Assembly: GCA_040398005.1 (NCBI GenBank)
Contig: JBBAUX010000001.1
Span: forward strand, 104,631 to 163,389
Length of the DNA stretch: 58,759 bases
Origin: Opitutales bacterium
GTDB taxonomy: Bacteria; Verrucomicrobiota; Verrucomicrobiia; Opitutales; UBA953
Reading direction: 5' to 3'
Below, one piece after another: positions 1 to 7,925 of the stretch. The notes under the pieces are model-generated. The model was not told where the DNA came from and did no database searches. It saw only the letters and a program-made list of their open reading frames with translations. The position numbers and the translations under genes are program-made. The stretch's first letter is position 1; each line of letters begins with the position of its first letter.

Positions 1-76
1 GGGCAAGGTGACACGGTGACAAGGGGAACAAGTTCAGGGGACAAGCTGGTACGTGGGCACGTTGGCAAGGGGAGAT
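1..76. repeat. Degenerate G-rich octamer tandem repeat (GGTGACAA/GGGGACAA/GGTGACAC/TGGCAAGG-type)
   Basis: gggcaagg-tgacacgg-tgacaagg...gggacaag-ctggtacg-tgggcacg-ttggcaag; approximately 8-bp periodicity; the same motif recurs at 873-908 and 1738-1800. Confidence 0.8.
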
Positions 77-92
77 GCGAAAGGCACTTGAT
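37..92 (+). repeat. 56-bp non-coding direct repeat, copy 1 (upstream of pilin-like gene 1)
   Basis: 52/56 identical to 873-928 by manual alignment. Confidence 0.92.
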
Positions 93-145
93 TAAAATTT
101 TGCTATTTTGAGATGTTTCTTCGATATACATAAGTAATCCCGCTA

Positions 146-862
146 ATGAAATCGACCTCATCCATAAAGCGCCGTGGCTTTACTCTTATTGAGTTGCTCA
201 CGGTGATTGCGATTATTGGTGTCCTTGCCGCGGTACTTTTCCCAGGTGTGCAGGGTGTGATGAAGATGGCCAAGAAGTCCACCGCTTCGACCAAACTTCG
301 TAATATTGTTCAAGCAGTGATTTCATTTTCTGATGGTAAGAAATATATAAAGACTGGCACATGGAGTATCACTAATAATTCAAGCGCTAGTTCGATTGGC
401 GAATACGCTGCGGTTCTCGCTTATAATTCCAATTTAAATTCGGCTGAAATTTGGTATGTTGATGCGGACAAGAGTAACGAAAATGCTTCATACCCAAAAC
501 AAGTTCTAACGGGTGCAGTAGGTGCACAACAGATCGATACGAACTTCGCGATTCCATCTGACGCTTACGGTTACCACGCTTGGACGGCTTATACGCCCAC
601 ACTTAAGAATCTAAACAGCAACATTCCACTTCTCTGGACTCGCGGACTTTCTTCTGCGGGTACTTGGGATGCAGCTGATGGTGTTTGGGGTGCTGACGGA
701 GGCCATATCGGCTTCGGTGACTCTCACGTTATTTGGACGGAAAATACGGACAACGACGGTAACGGCGTCGCACTTTTCCTCGATAGGTCGCTCGGTACTC
801 CAACGCCGGATTGGAAGAAAGCAGTATCCGAAGGTACTGTGATTGAATGGTCGTCGAAGTAA
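146..862 (+). CDS. Type IV pilin-like / prepilin N-terminal cleavage-methylation domain protein (paralog 1)
   Basis: Basic leader followed by G|FTLIELLTVIAIIGVLAAVLFP; C-terminal GGHIGFGDSHV resembles the PVC prepilin-associated motif. Confidence 0.9.
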   Translation: MKSTSSIKRRGFTLIELLTVIAIIGVLAAVLFPGVQGVMKMAKKSTASTKLRNIVQAVISFSDGKKYIKTGTWSITNNSSASSIGEYAAVLAYNSNLNSAEIWYVDADKSNENASYPKQVLTGAVGAQQIDTNFAIPSDAYGYHAWTAYTPTLKNLNSNIPLLWTRGLSSAGTWDAADGVWGADGGHIGFGDSHVIWTENTDNDGNGVALFLDRSLGTPTPDWKKAVSEGTVIEWSSK

Positions 863-872
863 TCGATACATC

Positions 873-928
873 GGGGACAAGCTGGCAAGGGGGCACGTTG
901 GCAAGGGGAGATGCGAAAGACACTTGAT
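873..928 (+). repeat. 56-bp non-coding direct repeat, copy 2 (upstream of pilin-like gene 2)
   Basis: 52/56 identical to 37-92; both copies are followed shortly by ttttgctatttt. Confidence 0.92.
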
Positions 929-988
929 CTCACTTTTGCTATTTTTGGTTTTTCTTGTCCAATAAGCGCTAATACTGGCAATCCATTA

Positions 989-1717
989 ATGAAACTTACC
1001 TCATCATTTAATCGCAGTGGGTTTACCCTAATTGAGTTGCTCACGGTAATTGCGATTATTGGTATCTTAGCCGCTGTCCTTTTCCCAGGTGTGCAAGGTG
1101 TGATGAAGAAGGCCAAGCAGTCCACCGCTTCGATTAAACTACGCAATATAGTGCAGGCGGTGGTTACTTTATCTGAGGGTAAGAAATATATTAAGCCTGG
1201 ATCATGGAGTGTTACCGATAATGCCAGTGCGAGTACGATTGCTGAATACGCCGCCGTCCTCGCTTATAATTCCAGTTTAAACTCGGGAGAAATTTGGTAT
1301 GTCGATGGTGATAAGAGTAACGATAATGCTTCATACCCCAAACAAGTTTTAATCGGTGCAATAGGTTCACAGCAAATTGATCCCAATTTCCAAAACCCAT
1401 CCCAAAATTACGGATACCATTCTTGGACAGCCTATGCGCCAACCGCGAAGAACATAGACGGTATGCCTTGCTGTAATATTCCGCTAGTGTGGTCTCGTGG
1501 ACTTTCAACTGCTGGAGATTGGTCAGCGACGGATGGAGTTTGGGGTGCGGACGGAGGTCATATCGGATTTGGAGACTATCATATCACCTGGGCTGCTAAT
1601 ACCAGTAATGACGGTAGTGGTGTTCCTGTATTTATTGATAAAGTAACCGGTGAAGGCACTGGTAATTGGAGAAAAGCAATTTCAGCTAGTGATGCTAAAG
1701 AGTTGTCGGCGAAGTGA
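989..1717 (+). CDS. Type IV pilin-like protein (paralog 2)
   Basis: Start moved to ATG 989 (MKLTSSFNRSG|FTLIELL) by alignment with the paralogs; colinear with 146-862. Confidence 0.9.
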   Translation: MKLTSSFNRSGFTLIELLTVIAIIGILAAVLFPGVQGVMKKAKQSTASIKLRNIVQAVVTLSEGKKYIKPGSWSVTDNASASTIAEYAAVLAYNSSLNSGEIWYVDGDKSNDNASYPKQVLIGAIGSQQIDPNFQNPSQNYGYHSWTAYAPTAKNIDGMPCCNIPLVWSRGLSTAGDWSATDGVWGADGGHIGFGDYHITWAANTSNDGSGVPVFIDKVTGEGTGNWRKAISASDAKELSAK

Positions 1718-1719
1718 CG

Positions 1720-1736
1720 CGCGAGCGAAGCTCGCG
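1720..1736. other. Perfect 7-bp-stem hairpin with GAA triloop (cgcgagc-gaa-gctcgcg)
   Basis: Read directly 3 nt after the paralog 2 stop; contains the GCGAAGC mini-hairpin core. Confidence 0.75.
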
Positions 1737-1737
1737 A

Positions 1738-1800
1738 GGGGACATGGTGACACGGGGACAAGGTGACAAGGGGTTTACACTACCTCGTGTCACCTTGCCC
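1738..1800. repeat. Octamer repeat cluster plus inverted copy; can form an imperfect hairpin between convergent genes
   Basis: gggacatggtgacacggggacaaggtgacaagggg...cgtgtcaccttgccc; 1786-1800 is the exact reverse complement of 1-15. Confidence 0.8.
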
Positions 1801-1820
1801 ACTAAACCCTGCAGAAGAAA

Positions 1821-3227
1821 CTATTTAGTTTCTTCTGCATCATTCTCCGCTTCTTCCTTGGCTTTGGCCTGAGAGCTGAGAACGGGTTGGGCGAAGAGGC
1901 GACCGTCGTGCAGTTTCGCGACATAGCCTTCGCTGATCAAGAAATTCAGATCGACGAGCACTTTGCTCTTGGCTTCATCATCCGCATTTTCTCCGGCGAT
2001 TGCGAGAACGACGTCTTTGGTTTGTTGTCCGATATTTTTATCGAGACTATCAAAAATCTTTTGCATCGAATCACTGAAGGTGGCTTGAGGGTCGCGACAT
2101 TTGCGACGTACACCACAAGCGTAGGTGATTCCCTTCGAGCCCTTCTTATAAAGGTGGAAGCCTTCCTTGCGGAGTCGTCCACGAATGCCATTAGCGGTAT
2201 CGAGAGGGAAGTGACGTTGCAGCTCGAGCGCGTAGCGGACGTTATCACGCAATACACCCGGAGGCATTTCGGCGAGGAGACGGCCGGGGAAGCGGATTTG
2301 ATTGCGGGAAATGACAGTGGCTTCGCGGCGGAAGGCTAACAAGAAGCCACGGGCGGCATCGAGTGATTCGAGGCGTTCGGGCTCACCTTCTTTGCGGTCT
2401 TTGGGCGCGTATTCTTTGCGTTTCGACATTGTAGCGACCCATTGGTCGATGACTTCTTTTTCACGGATCATTTCAACGCCCGCTTTGAATCGATCAAAAG
2501 CGCCATTCGGGAAGTTGCGTGAGTGATGTTCGCGCAGAGCTTTTAAATAATTATGATGAGTCGGTGAACCGAGGATGACGCTGGTCTGTGGACATTTTGC
2601 GACCATCAGGAAATTACCTTTGGGTGGTTCGACATCGACTTCCACCACATCGAAGAATTTATCCAGGTGACGTGACATCACGTGGCTGACGGCTTCGGCT
2701 TCCGTTAAGAAAGGAACGCTATCAGGAACGGAAACAGAAAGTGTGGCTTGAGGATTTTTTTCCGCGTCCGCTGGTCTAATCACGATAGAGAGGCGGTCTT
2801 CTTTGTCTAAAATGAGGAGGGCAACGCTGAAAAGCTCGTAGGTGATGAGACTCTTCTTCATCGCTTCGCCGAGCGCTTCGAATTTTGCGTCATCGGGAAA
2901 AAAACCAGTACTCACTACTTTAACTGGAATCGCAGGTTCTTCTTGGCGTTGGAAAAATCGATCATCGCGCTGTGGGCCGCGACGATCATCGCGTTGAGAA
3001 TTCTGAGGACCGCGAGAAGGACCACGAGAAGGTCCGCGGGAATCATCGCGACGTGGGGGACGGCTACCGTCTCTGTCTCTATTATCACGGCGACCGCCCT
3101 CGCGACCGGAGCTCACTTTTTCAGCGGGACCGCTCACCCAGGACGGGCCTAAGCCTAGTGCGGAGAGGTCTATGGGAATCATAGATTCATTTTGCTCAGG
3201 GTTCTGATTGGCCGTATCGGGAGACAT
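1821..3227 (-). CDS. Hypothetical protein with R/D/G-rich low-complexity N-terminus
   Basis: 468-aa ORF; repeats such as RGPSRGPSRGP and RDDRRGPQRDDR followed by an apparently globular region. Confidence 0.75.
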   Translation of the reverse strand: MSPDTANQNPEQNESMIPIDLSALGLGPSWVSGPAEKVSSGREGGRRDNRDRDGSRPPRRDDSRGPSRGPSRGPQNSQRDDRRGPQRDDRFFQRQEEPAIPVKVVSTGFFPDDAKFEALGEAMKKSLITYELFSVALLILDKEDRLSIVIRPADAEKNPQATLSVSVPDSVPFLTEAEAVSHVMSRHLDKFFDVVEVDVEPPKGNFLMVAKCPQTSVILGSPTHHNYLKALREHHSRNFPNGAFDRFKAGVEMIREKEVIDQWVATMSKRKEYAPKDRKEGEPERLESLDAARGFLLAFRREATVISRNQIRFPGRLLAEMPPGVLRDNVRYALELQRHFPLDTANGIRGRLRKEGFHLYKKGSKGITYACGVRRKCRDPQATFSDSMQKIFDSLDKNIGQQTKDVVLAIAGENADDEAKSKVLVDLNFLISEGYVAKLHDGRLFAQPVLSSQAKAKEEAENDAEETK

Positions 3228-3332
3228 TACCGGGTGAGAGTTGGGAAACTAATGTGATTTGGCAAGCGTTGGCATCAACGCTTTTTTCTTGCACCATGCG
3301 TAAGGAGTTCCAGCGTGAACTTTCCTTCGAAA

Positions 3333-3416
3333 GCTCAGGTGGTGGAATGGCAGACACGCATGATTGAGGTTCATGTGCCGTAAGGTGTCCGGGTTCAAGT
3401 CCCGGCCTGAGCACCA
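3333..3416 (+). tRNA. tRNA-Leu (GAG)
   Basis: Acceptor gctcagg/cctgagc + A + CCA; anticodon loop ttGAGgt; long variable arm; T-loop ggttcaagtcc. Confidence 0.96.
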
Positions 3417-3423
3417 ATTTACA

Positions 3424-3460
3424 AAAACAGGTTTAGTTCGACAAGAACTAGACCTGTTTT
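3424..3460 (+). terminator. Hairpin terminator after tRNA-Leu
   Basis: aaaacaggtttagttc / gaactagacctgtttt inverted repeat followed by T-rich sequence. Confidence 0.7.
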
Positions 3461-3499
3461 GTGTTTTCATTCAGGGAATGTCTGCCACAACAGATGGAG

Positions 3500-4798
3500 A
3501 TGGCGAACCTAGGTAAATTAAAAGTTTTAATATTAGGATCGGGCGGACGCGAACATGCGTTGCTCAAGGCCTGTCTCAAGAGTCCGAAGGTCAGCGAAGT
3601 CATCGTCGCCCCAGGTAACGGCGGAATGGCTTTGGAGGCTCGTTGCTTGAATGTAGATTTAACAAAGCCTGCGGACATTTTAAATTTAGTGCGCGAGCAG
3701 GGAATTGAGTTTGTCATCGTCGGACCAGAAATTCCTTTAGCGCATGGTGTCGTCGATGTCTTAGAGGCCGCAGGCATTTTAACATACGGACCACTTCTGG
3801 CAGGTGCGCGTTTGGAGGCGAGCAAGGCATTCAGTAAAGATTTTCTTTTCCGACATAAAATTCCAACCGCGGCCGCGCAGACTTTTCAAAAGCTCGATGC
3901 GGCCCTAGAGTATATTCGCCAACAATCCTTACCGATAGTGATTAAAGCCTCTGGGTTAGCGGCTGGAAAGGGTGTGGTCATTGCCACCACGCTGGCCGAA
4001 GCAGAACAGGCATTGCGCGATATGATGCAGACTAAAATTTTCGGAAGTTCGGGTGATGAAGTGGTCATCGAAGAATTTATGCAAGGGGAGGAGGCTTCGA
4101 TTATGTTGATGGTGTGTGGTGAAGAATATTTAATGCTTCCGCCGAGCCAGGATCACAAACGCGTGGGCGAAGGAGATACTGGATTAAATACCGGAGGCAT
4201 GGGAGCGTATGCGCCGACCACGGTGGTCACGCCGGAGGTGGAACGTCGACTGCGCGAAGAAATTATTGTGCCGACGCTGAAAGGATTGAAGGCCGATGGC
4301 ATTGATTATCGCGGCACGCTTTATGTTGGAATCATGGTGACCTCGACGGGCCCCCGCGTAGTTGAATTCAATGTCCGTTTCGGCGATCCCGAATGCCAGG
4401 TTCTACTTCCTTTATTAGAAACCGATCCTGTTGAAATCATGTTGGCCATCGCGGCGGGAACCTTTCGTTCGTCGAACGCTCAGTTGCGTTCCGGTTCTAC
4501 TTTAATTGTCGTGTTGGCGGCGGGTGGATATCCGGGTGACATTCGTAAGGGAGATGAAGTTAAACTTCCTGCGAACTGTCCGGCCGATGTTCATATTATA
4601 CATAGTGGTACTCAACGATTGGCGGATGGCAGAGTCGTCACGGCGGGCGGGCGTGTTTTGGGTGTGGTGGCGCATGCAGCCACGCTGAGTGAGGCGGCCC
4701 AAAAAGCTTACCGAGTTATACCCACCATACAGTTTGAGGGTATGCATTATCGAAGAGATATCGCGTATCGGCAGTTAAAACGCGATGCGGGTAAGTGA
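3500..4798 (+). CDS. purD: Phosphoribosylamine--glycine ligase
   Basis: KVLILGSGGREHAL, IKASGLAAGKGV, NTGGMGAY, EFNVRFGDPE motifs; start could also be ATG 3494. Confidence 0.97.
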   Translation: MANLGKLKVLILGSGGREHALLKACLKSPKVSEVIVAPGNGGMALEARCLNVDLTKPADILNLVREQGIEFVIVGPEIPLAHGVVDVLEAAGILTYGPLLAGARLEASKAFSKDFLFRHKIPTAAAQTFQKLDAALEYIRQQSLPIVIKASGLAAGKGVVIATTLAEAEQALRDMMQTKIFGSSGDEVVIEEFMQGEEASIMLMVCGEEYLMLPPSQDHKRVGEGDTGLNTGGMGAYAPTTVVTPEVERRLREEIIVPTLKGLKADGIDYRGTLYVGIMVTSTGPRVVEFNVRFGDPECQVLLPLLETDPVEIMLAIAAGTFRSSNAQLRSGSTLIVVLAAGGYPGDIRKGDEVKLPANCPADVHIIHSGTQRLADGRVVTAGGRVLGVVAHAATLSEAAQKAYRVIPTIQFEGMHYRRDIAYRQLKRDAGK

Positions 4799-4839
4799 TT
4801 ACAGGTTGAACCTTTTCATGAATCGAGTTACTTTAAGTC

Positions 4840-5325
4840 ATGCCCATGGAGCGTGATACAGTGATGATTGTTTGCACGGGAAACACCTGTCGCAGTCCGA
4901 TGGCTGAGGCTTTACTTAAAGCGGCGTTTAAGAAGAAGGCCGGTGGATTAGAAAAATTTAAAGTCGTTTCCGGTGGTTTATCGACGACGGCTGGTTCGCC
5001 CGCCTCGACTAACTCGGTGAAAGCCATGGAGCGCATTGGTTTAGATATTAAAGCGCATAAAAGCCGTCCATTGAGTCAGTCCGACATCGAACAAGCCGCT
5101 ATTATTTTTTGTATGACCGATTCTCACTTAGCCGGATTAGAGGATCGTTTCAAAGGCTTACCCGAGCATGTTTTACTATTTAGGGACTTATTGCCCAATG
5201 GTGAGTCGCGCGAAATCTCCGATCCGTTTGGGGGAAACTATCGAGAATATGAGGAGTGTCGTGATTCCATGGTTGAAGCCGTGCCCTCCATCCTTGATTT
5301 CTTAAGAAAGAACTTTCTGACATGA
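4840..5325 (+). CDS. Low-molecular-weight protein tyrosine/arginine phosphatase
   Basis: P-loop VCTGNTCRSPMAE and DPFGG; phosphatase-rpiB-glyA synteny. Confidence 0.93.
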   Translation: MPMERDTVMIVCTGNTCRSPMAEALLKAAFKKKAGGLEKFKVVSGGLSTTAGSPASTNSVKAMERIGLDIKAHKSRPLSQSDIEQAAIIFCMTDSHLAGLEDRFKGLPEHVLLFRDLLPNGESREISDPFGGNYREYEECRDSMVEAVPSILDFLRKNFLT

Positions 5326-5771
5326 GTACCACGTTTACTATTTCGTTTGGCAGTGATCACGGAGGGTTGTCCCTGCGTGGCGATTTAATCGCTGCGTTGA
5401 AAGCGAAAGGTCACACGGTGATTGACCGCGGTACGGATACGCCGGCCTCGTGTGATTATCCGGATTATGCTCAAGCCGTGGGAGCCGATGTGACTAGCGG
5501 TAAGGCCCAGTTCGGTATCTTGATTTGCAGGACGGGCATCGGGATTTCGATAGCAGCGAATAAGATTGCTGGTATTCGGGCAGCCTTGGTGCAGTCGGTC
5601 GACGCCGCTGAGCTCAGCCGCCAGCATAACGACGCTAATATTCTTTGTTTTGGAGCTAAATATGTAGATTTGCCCTTAGCCCTAGCGTGTTCTGAGGCTT
5701 TTCTGCGTTCCCAATTTGAAGGCGGGCGACATGTTGTTAGAGTGGATAAAATTGAGTCTAAAAACTCTTAA
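5322..5771 (+). CDS. rpiB: Ribose-5-phosphate isomerase B
   Basis: GSDHGG, DYPD, CRTGIGISIAANK, RQHNDANIL, FEGGRH. Confidence 0.96.
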   Translation: MSTTFTISFGSDHGGLSLRGDLIAALKAKGHTVIDRGTDTPASCDYPDYAQAVGADVTSGKAQFGILICRTGIGISIAANKIAGIRAALVQSVDAAELSRQHNDANILCFGAKYVDLPLALACSEAFLRSQFEGGRHVVRVDKIESKNS

Positions 5772-5819
5772 TTTTTCCATTGCCTCACGCCGTCCCTTTC
5801 TTGCCCATATTAACAGAAC

Positions 5820-7073
5820 ATGAGTGCCATTAAACGTATTTCCTTAGCTCAACTGGATCCTGCGATTGATACGATTATCAAAGCAGAATTAAACCGTCAA
5901 CAAACCCACATCGAGTTAATCGCTTCGGAGAATTTTACTTTGCCTGCCATCATGGAAGCGCAAGGCAGTGTGCTCACAAACAAATACGCGGAAGGTTATC
6001 CTGGTAAGCGTTGGTATGGTGGTTGCGAAGAGGTCGATAAAATCGAACAACTTGCGATTGATCGTGCAAAAGCTTTATTTGGTGCAGACCACGCGAATGT
6101 TCAACCCCACTCGGGCAGCCAAGCGAATGCTGCGGTTTATTTAGCTTCGATTAAGCCTGGAGATAAAATTCTCACTATGAATTTATCGCATGGTGGTCAC
6201 TTAACTCACGGTAACGCGGCCAATTTCTCTGGAAAATTTTATACGGCCGTCCATTACGGTGTCGGTACTGATGGCCGAATTAATTATGAAGAAGTAGCGG
6301 AGATGGCGGCGCGGGAAAAACCGAAGATGATTACGGTCGGTGCGTCGGCCTATGCGCGCACGATTGATTTCGAGCGTTTCGGAAAAATCGCCCGCGAGAA
6401 TGGGGCACTCCTTTTAGCGGATATTGCGCACATTGCTGGGTTGGTGGCGGCGGGGGTTCATCCTTCACCCATTCCGCATGCGGATTTTGTAACCACCACG
6501 ACGCACAAAACTTTGCGCGGTCCACGTGGTGGATTAATTTTATGTAAGGCCGAATTTGCGAAGGCGATCGACTCAGGTGTTTTTCCTGGAACGCAGGGTG
6601 GACCTCTGGAGCATGTGATTGCGGCTAAGGCTGTTTGTTTTGCTCAGTGTGCTACGCCCGAGTTTAAAGAGTATGCGAAACAAGTCGTCGCTAATTCGAA
6701 AGCTTTAGCGGAAGCTTTGGTTGCACACGGATTCCACTTGATCAGCGGTGGAACGGATAATCATTTAAGTTTGTTGGATTTAAGAAAGAGCCACCCGAAT
6801 GTGACGGGTAAGGATGCGCAATTGGCGCTCGATGCAGCTCACATTACGGCTAACAAAAACACGGTTCCAGATGAGACACGCAGTCCCTTCCAGGCCAGTG
6901 GTATCCGTGTGGGTACACCGGCGGTCACCTCAAGGGGTATGAAAGAGGCGGAAATGAAGGAAATTGCTCGGGCCATCGCGATTGTGCTGTCCGACCCTCA
7001 AAATCCTCAGAAAATCGAGGAAGGGAAGGCCATTGCGACCACTTTATGCAGTCGTTTCCTCTTGCCTTACTAA
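5820..7073 (+). CDS. glyA: Serine hydroxymethyltransferase
   Basis: [37 protein letters not shown]. Confidence 0.98.
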   Translation: MSAIKRISLAQLDPAIDTIIKAELNRQQTHIELIASENFTLPAIMEAQGSVLTNKYAEGYPGKRWYGGCEEVDKIEQLAIDRAKALFGADHANVQPHSGSQANAAVYLASIKPGDKILTMNLSHGGHLTHGNAANFSGKFYTAVHYGVGTDGRINYEEVAEMAAREKPKMITVGASAYARTIDFERFGKIARENGALLLADIAHIAGLVAAGVHPSPIPHADFVTTTTHKTLRGPRGGLILCKAEFAKAIDSGVFPGTQGGPLEHVIAAKAVCFAQCATPEFKEYAKQVVANSKALAEALVAHGFHLISGGTDNHLSLLDLRKSHPNVTGKDAQLALDAAHITANKNTVPDETRSPFQASGIRVGTPAVTSRGMKEAEMKEIARAIAIVLSDPQNPQKIEEGKAIATTLCSRFLLPY

Positions 7074-7138
7074 GTTTAATAAAATTATTTCATCTATCGA
7101 GTTGTCCCCTCAACTCACCCCTTTTACTTACACCTAAT

Positions 7139-7858
7139 ATGAAATCCTCCTCCTCAACCAAACGCAGTGGTTTTACTCTCATCGAGTTGCTCACCGTTAT
7201 TGCGATTATCGGTATCCTTGCCGCCGTCCTTTTCCCCGGTGTTCAAGGTGTGATGAAGAAGGCCAAGCAGTCCACTGCTTCGACCAAGCTTCGGAACATC
7301 GTTCAAGCGATGATTTCTTTCTCTGATGGCAAGAAGTATATTAAGTATGTCGCGTGGAATAACACCACCAACAGCAGTTGCGCAAATAGCATCTCAGATT
7401 ATGCTGCAGTTCTCGCTTTTAATGCTAGTTTAAACGCTGGCGAAATTTGGTATGTTGATGCTGATAAGCTTAATGAAACTGCCTCATTTCCTAAACAAGT
7501 TTTAACGGGTGCCGTCGGTAATCAAAGCATCGATACGAACTTTAAGAATGGGTCTGACGCTTATGGTTGGCACTCTTGGACTGCTTATTCTCCTACCTCT
7601 AAAAATTTAGACGGAAACATTCCTCTTCTCTGGTCCCGCGGGCTTTCTGATGCTGGCGCTTGGGATGCAACTAATGGTGTTTGGGGTGCAGACGGAGGCC
7701 ATATCGGCTACGGTGACTCCCACGTCATTTGGACTGCTAACACCACTGATGACGGTAATGGTCAACCAATCTTCCTTGATAAAGCACTGGGTACTGCCAC
7801 TGCAAGTTGGAAGAAAGCTGTATCAGCAGGTACTGTTAACGAATTAAAATCCAAATAA
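7139..7858 (+). CDS. Type IV pilin-like protein (paralog 3, stand-alone)
   Basis: ATG 7139 MKSSSSTKRSG|FTLIELL; colinear with paralogs 1 and 2; own terminator. Confidence 0.9.
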   Translation: MKSSSSTKRSGFTLIELLTVIAIIGILAAVLFPGVQGVMKKAKQSTASTKLRNIVQAMISFSDGKKYIKYVAWNNTTNSSCANSISDYAAVLAFNASLNAGEIWYVDADKLNETASFPKQVLTGAVGNQSIDTNFKNGSDAYGWHSWTAYSPTSKNLDGNIPLLWSRGLSDAGAWDATNGVWGADGGHIGYGDSHVIWTANTTDDGNGQPIFLDKALGTATASWKKAVSAGTVNELKSK

Positions 7859-7875
7859 TTCTAGTTTAGCTTCCG

Positions 7876-7902
7876 AAAAGGCCCCTACAAGGGGCCTTTT
7901 TT
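7876..7902 (+). terminator. Rho-independent terminator
   Basis: aaaaggcccc-tacaa-ggggcctttttt. Confidence 0.88.
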
Positions 7903-7925
7903 ATGCTCATTAATTTATAATAAAA

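Noticed and set aside
52..110. Sigma-54 promoter in the 56-bp repeat (ggcac...ttgc)
   Set aside because: The GG to GC spacing does not fit the -24/-12 geometry in either copy.
103..1146. Minus-strand ORFs 103-294 and 724-1146 that resemble each other
   Set aside because: They are antisense shadows of the conserved pilin N-termini.
1..1800. CRISPR array or integron attC sites in the pilin spacers
   Set aside because: No regular repeat-spacer periodicity, no cas or intI gene, and no RYYYAAC/GTTRRRY-bounded palindromes.
146..7858. Diversity-generating retroelement acting on the pilin paralogs
   Set aside because: No reverse transcriptase or template repeat in the window; paralog differences involve all bases and mostly synonymous sites, not adenine-specific changes.
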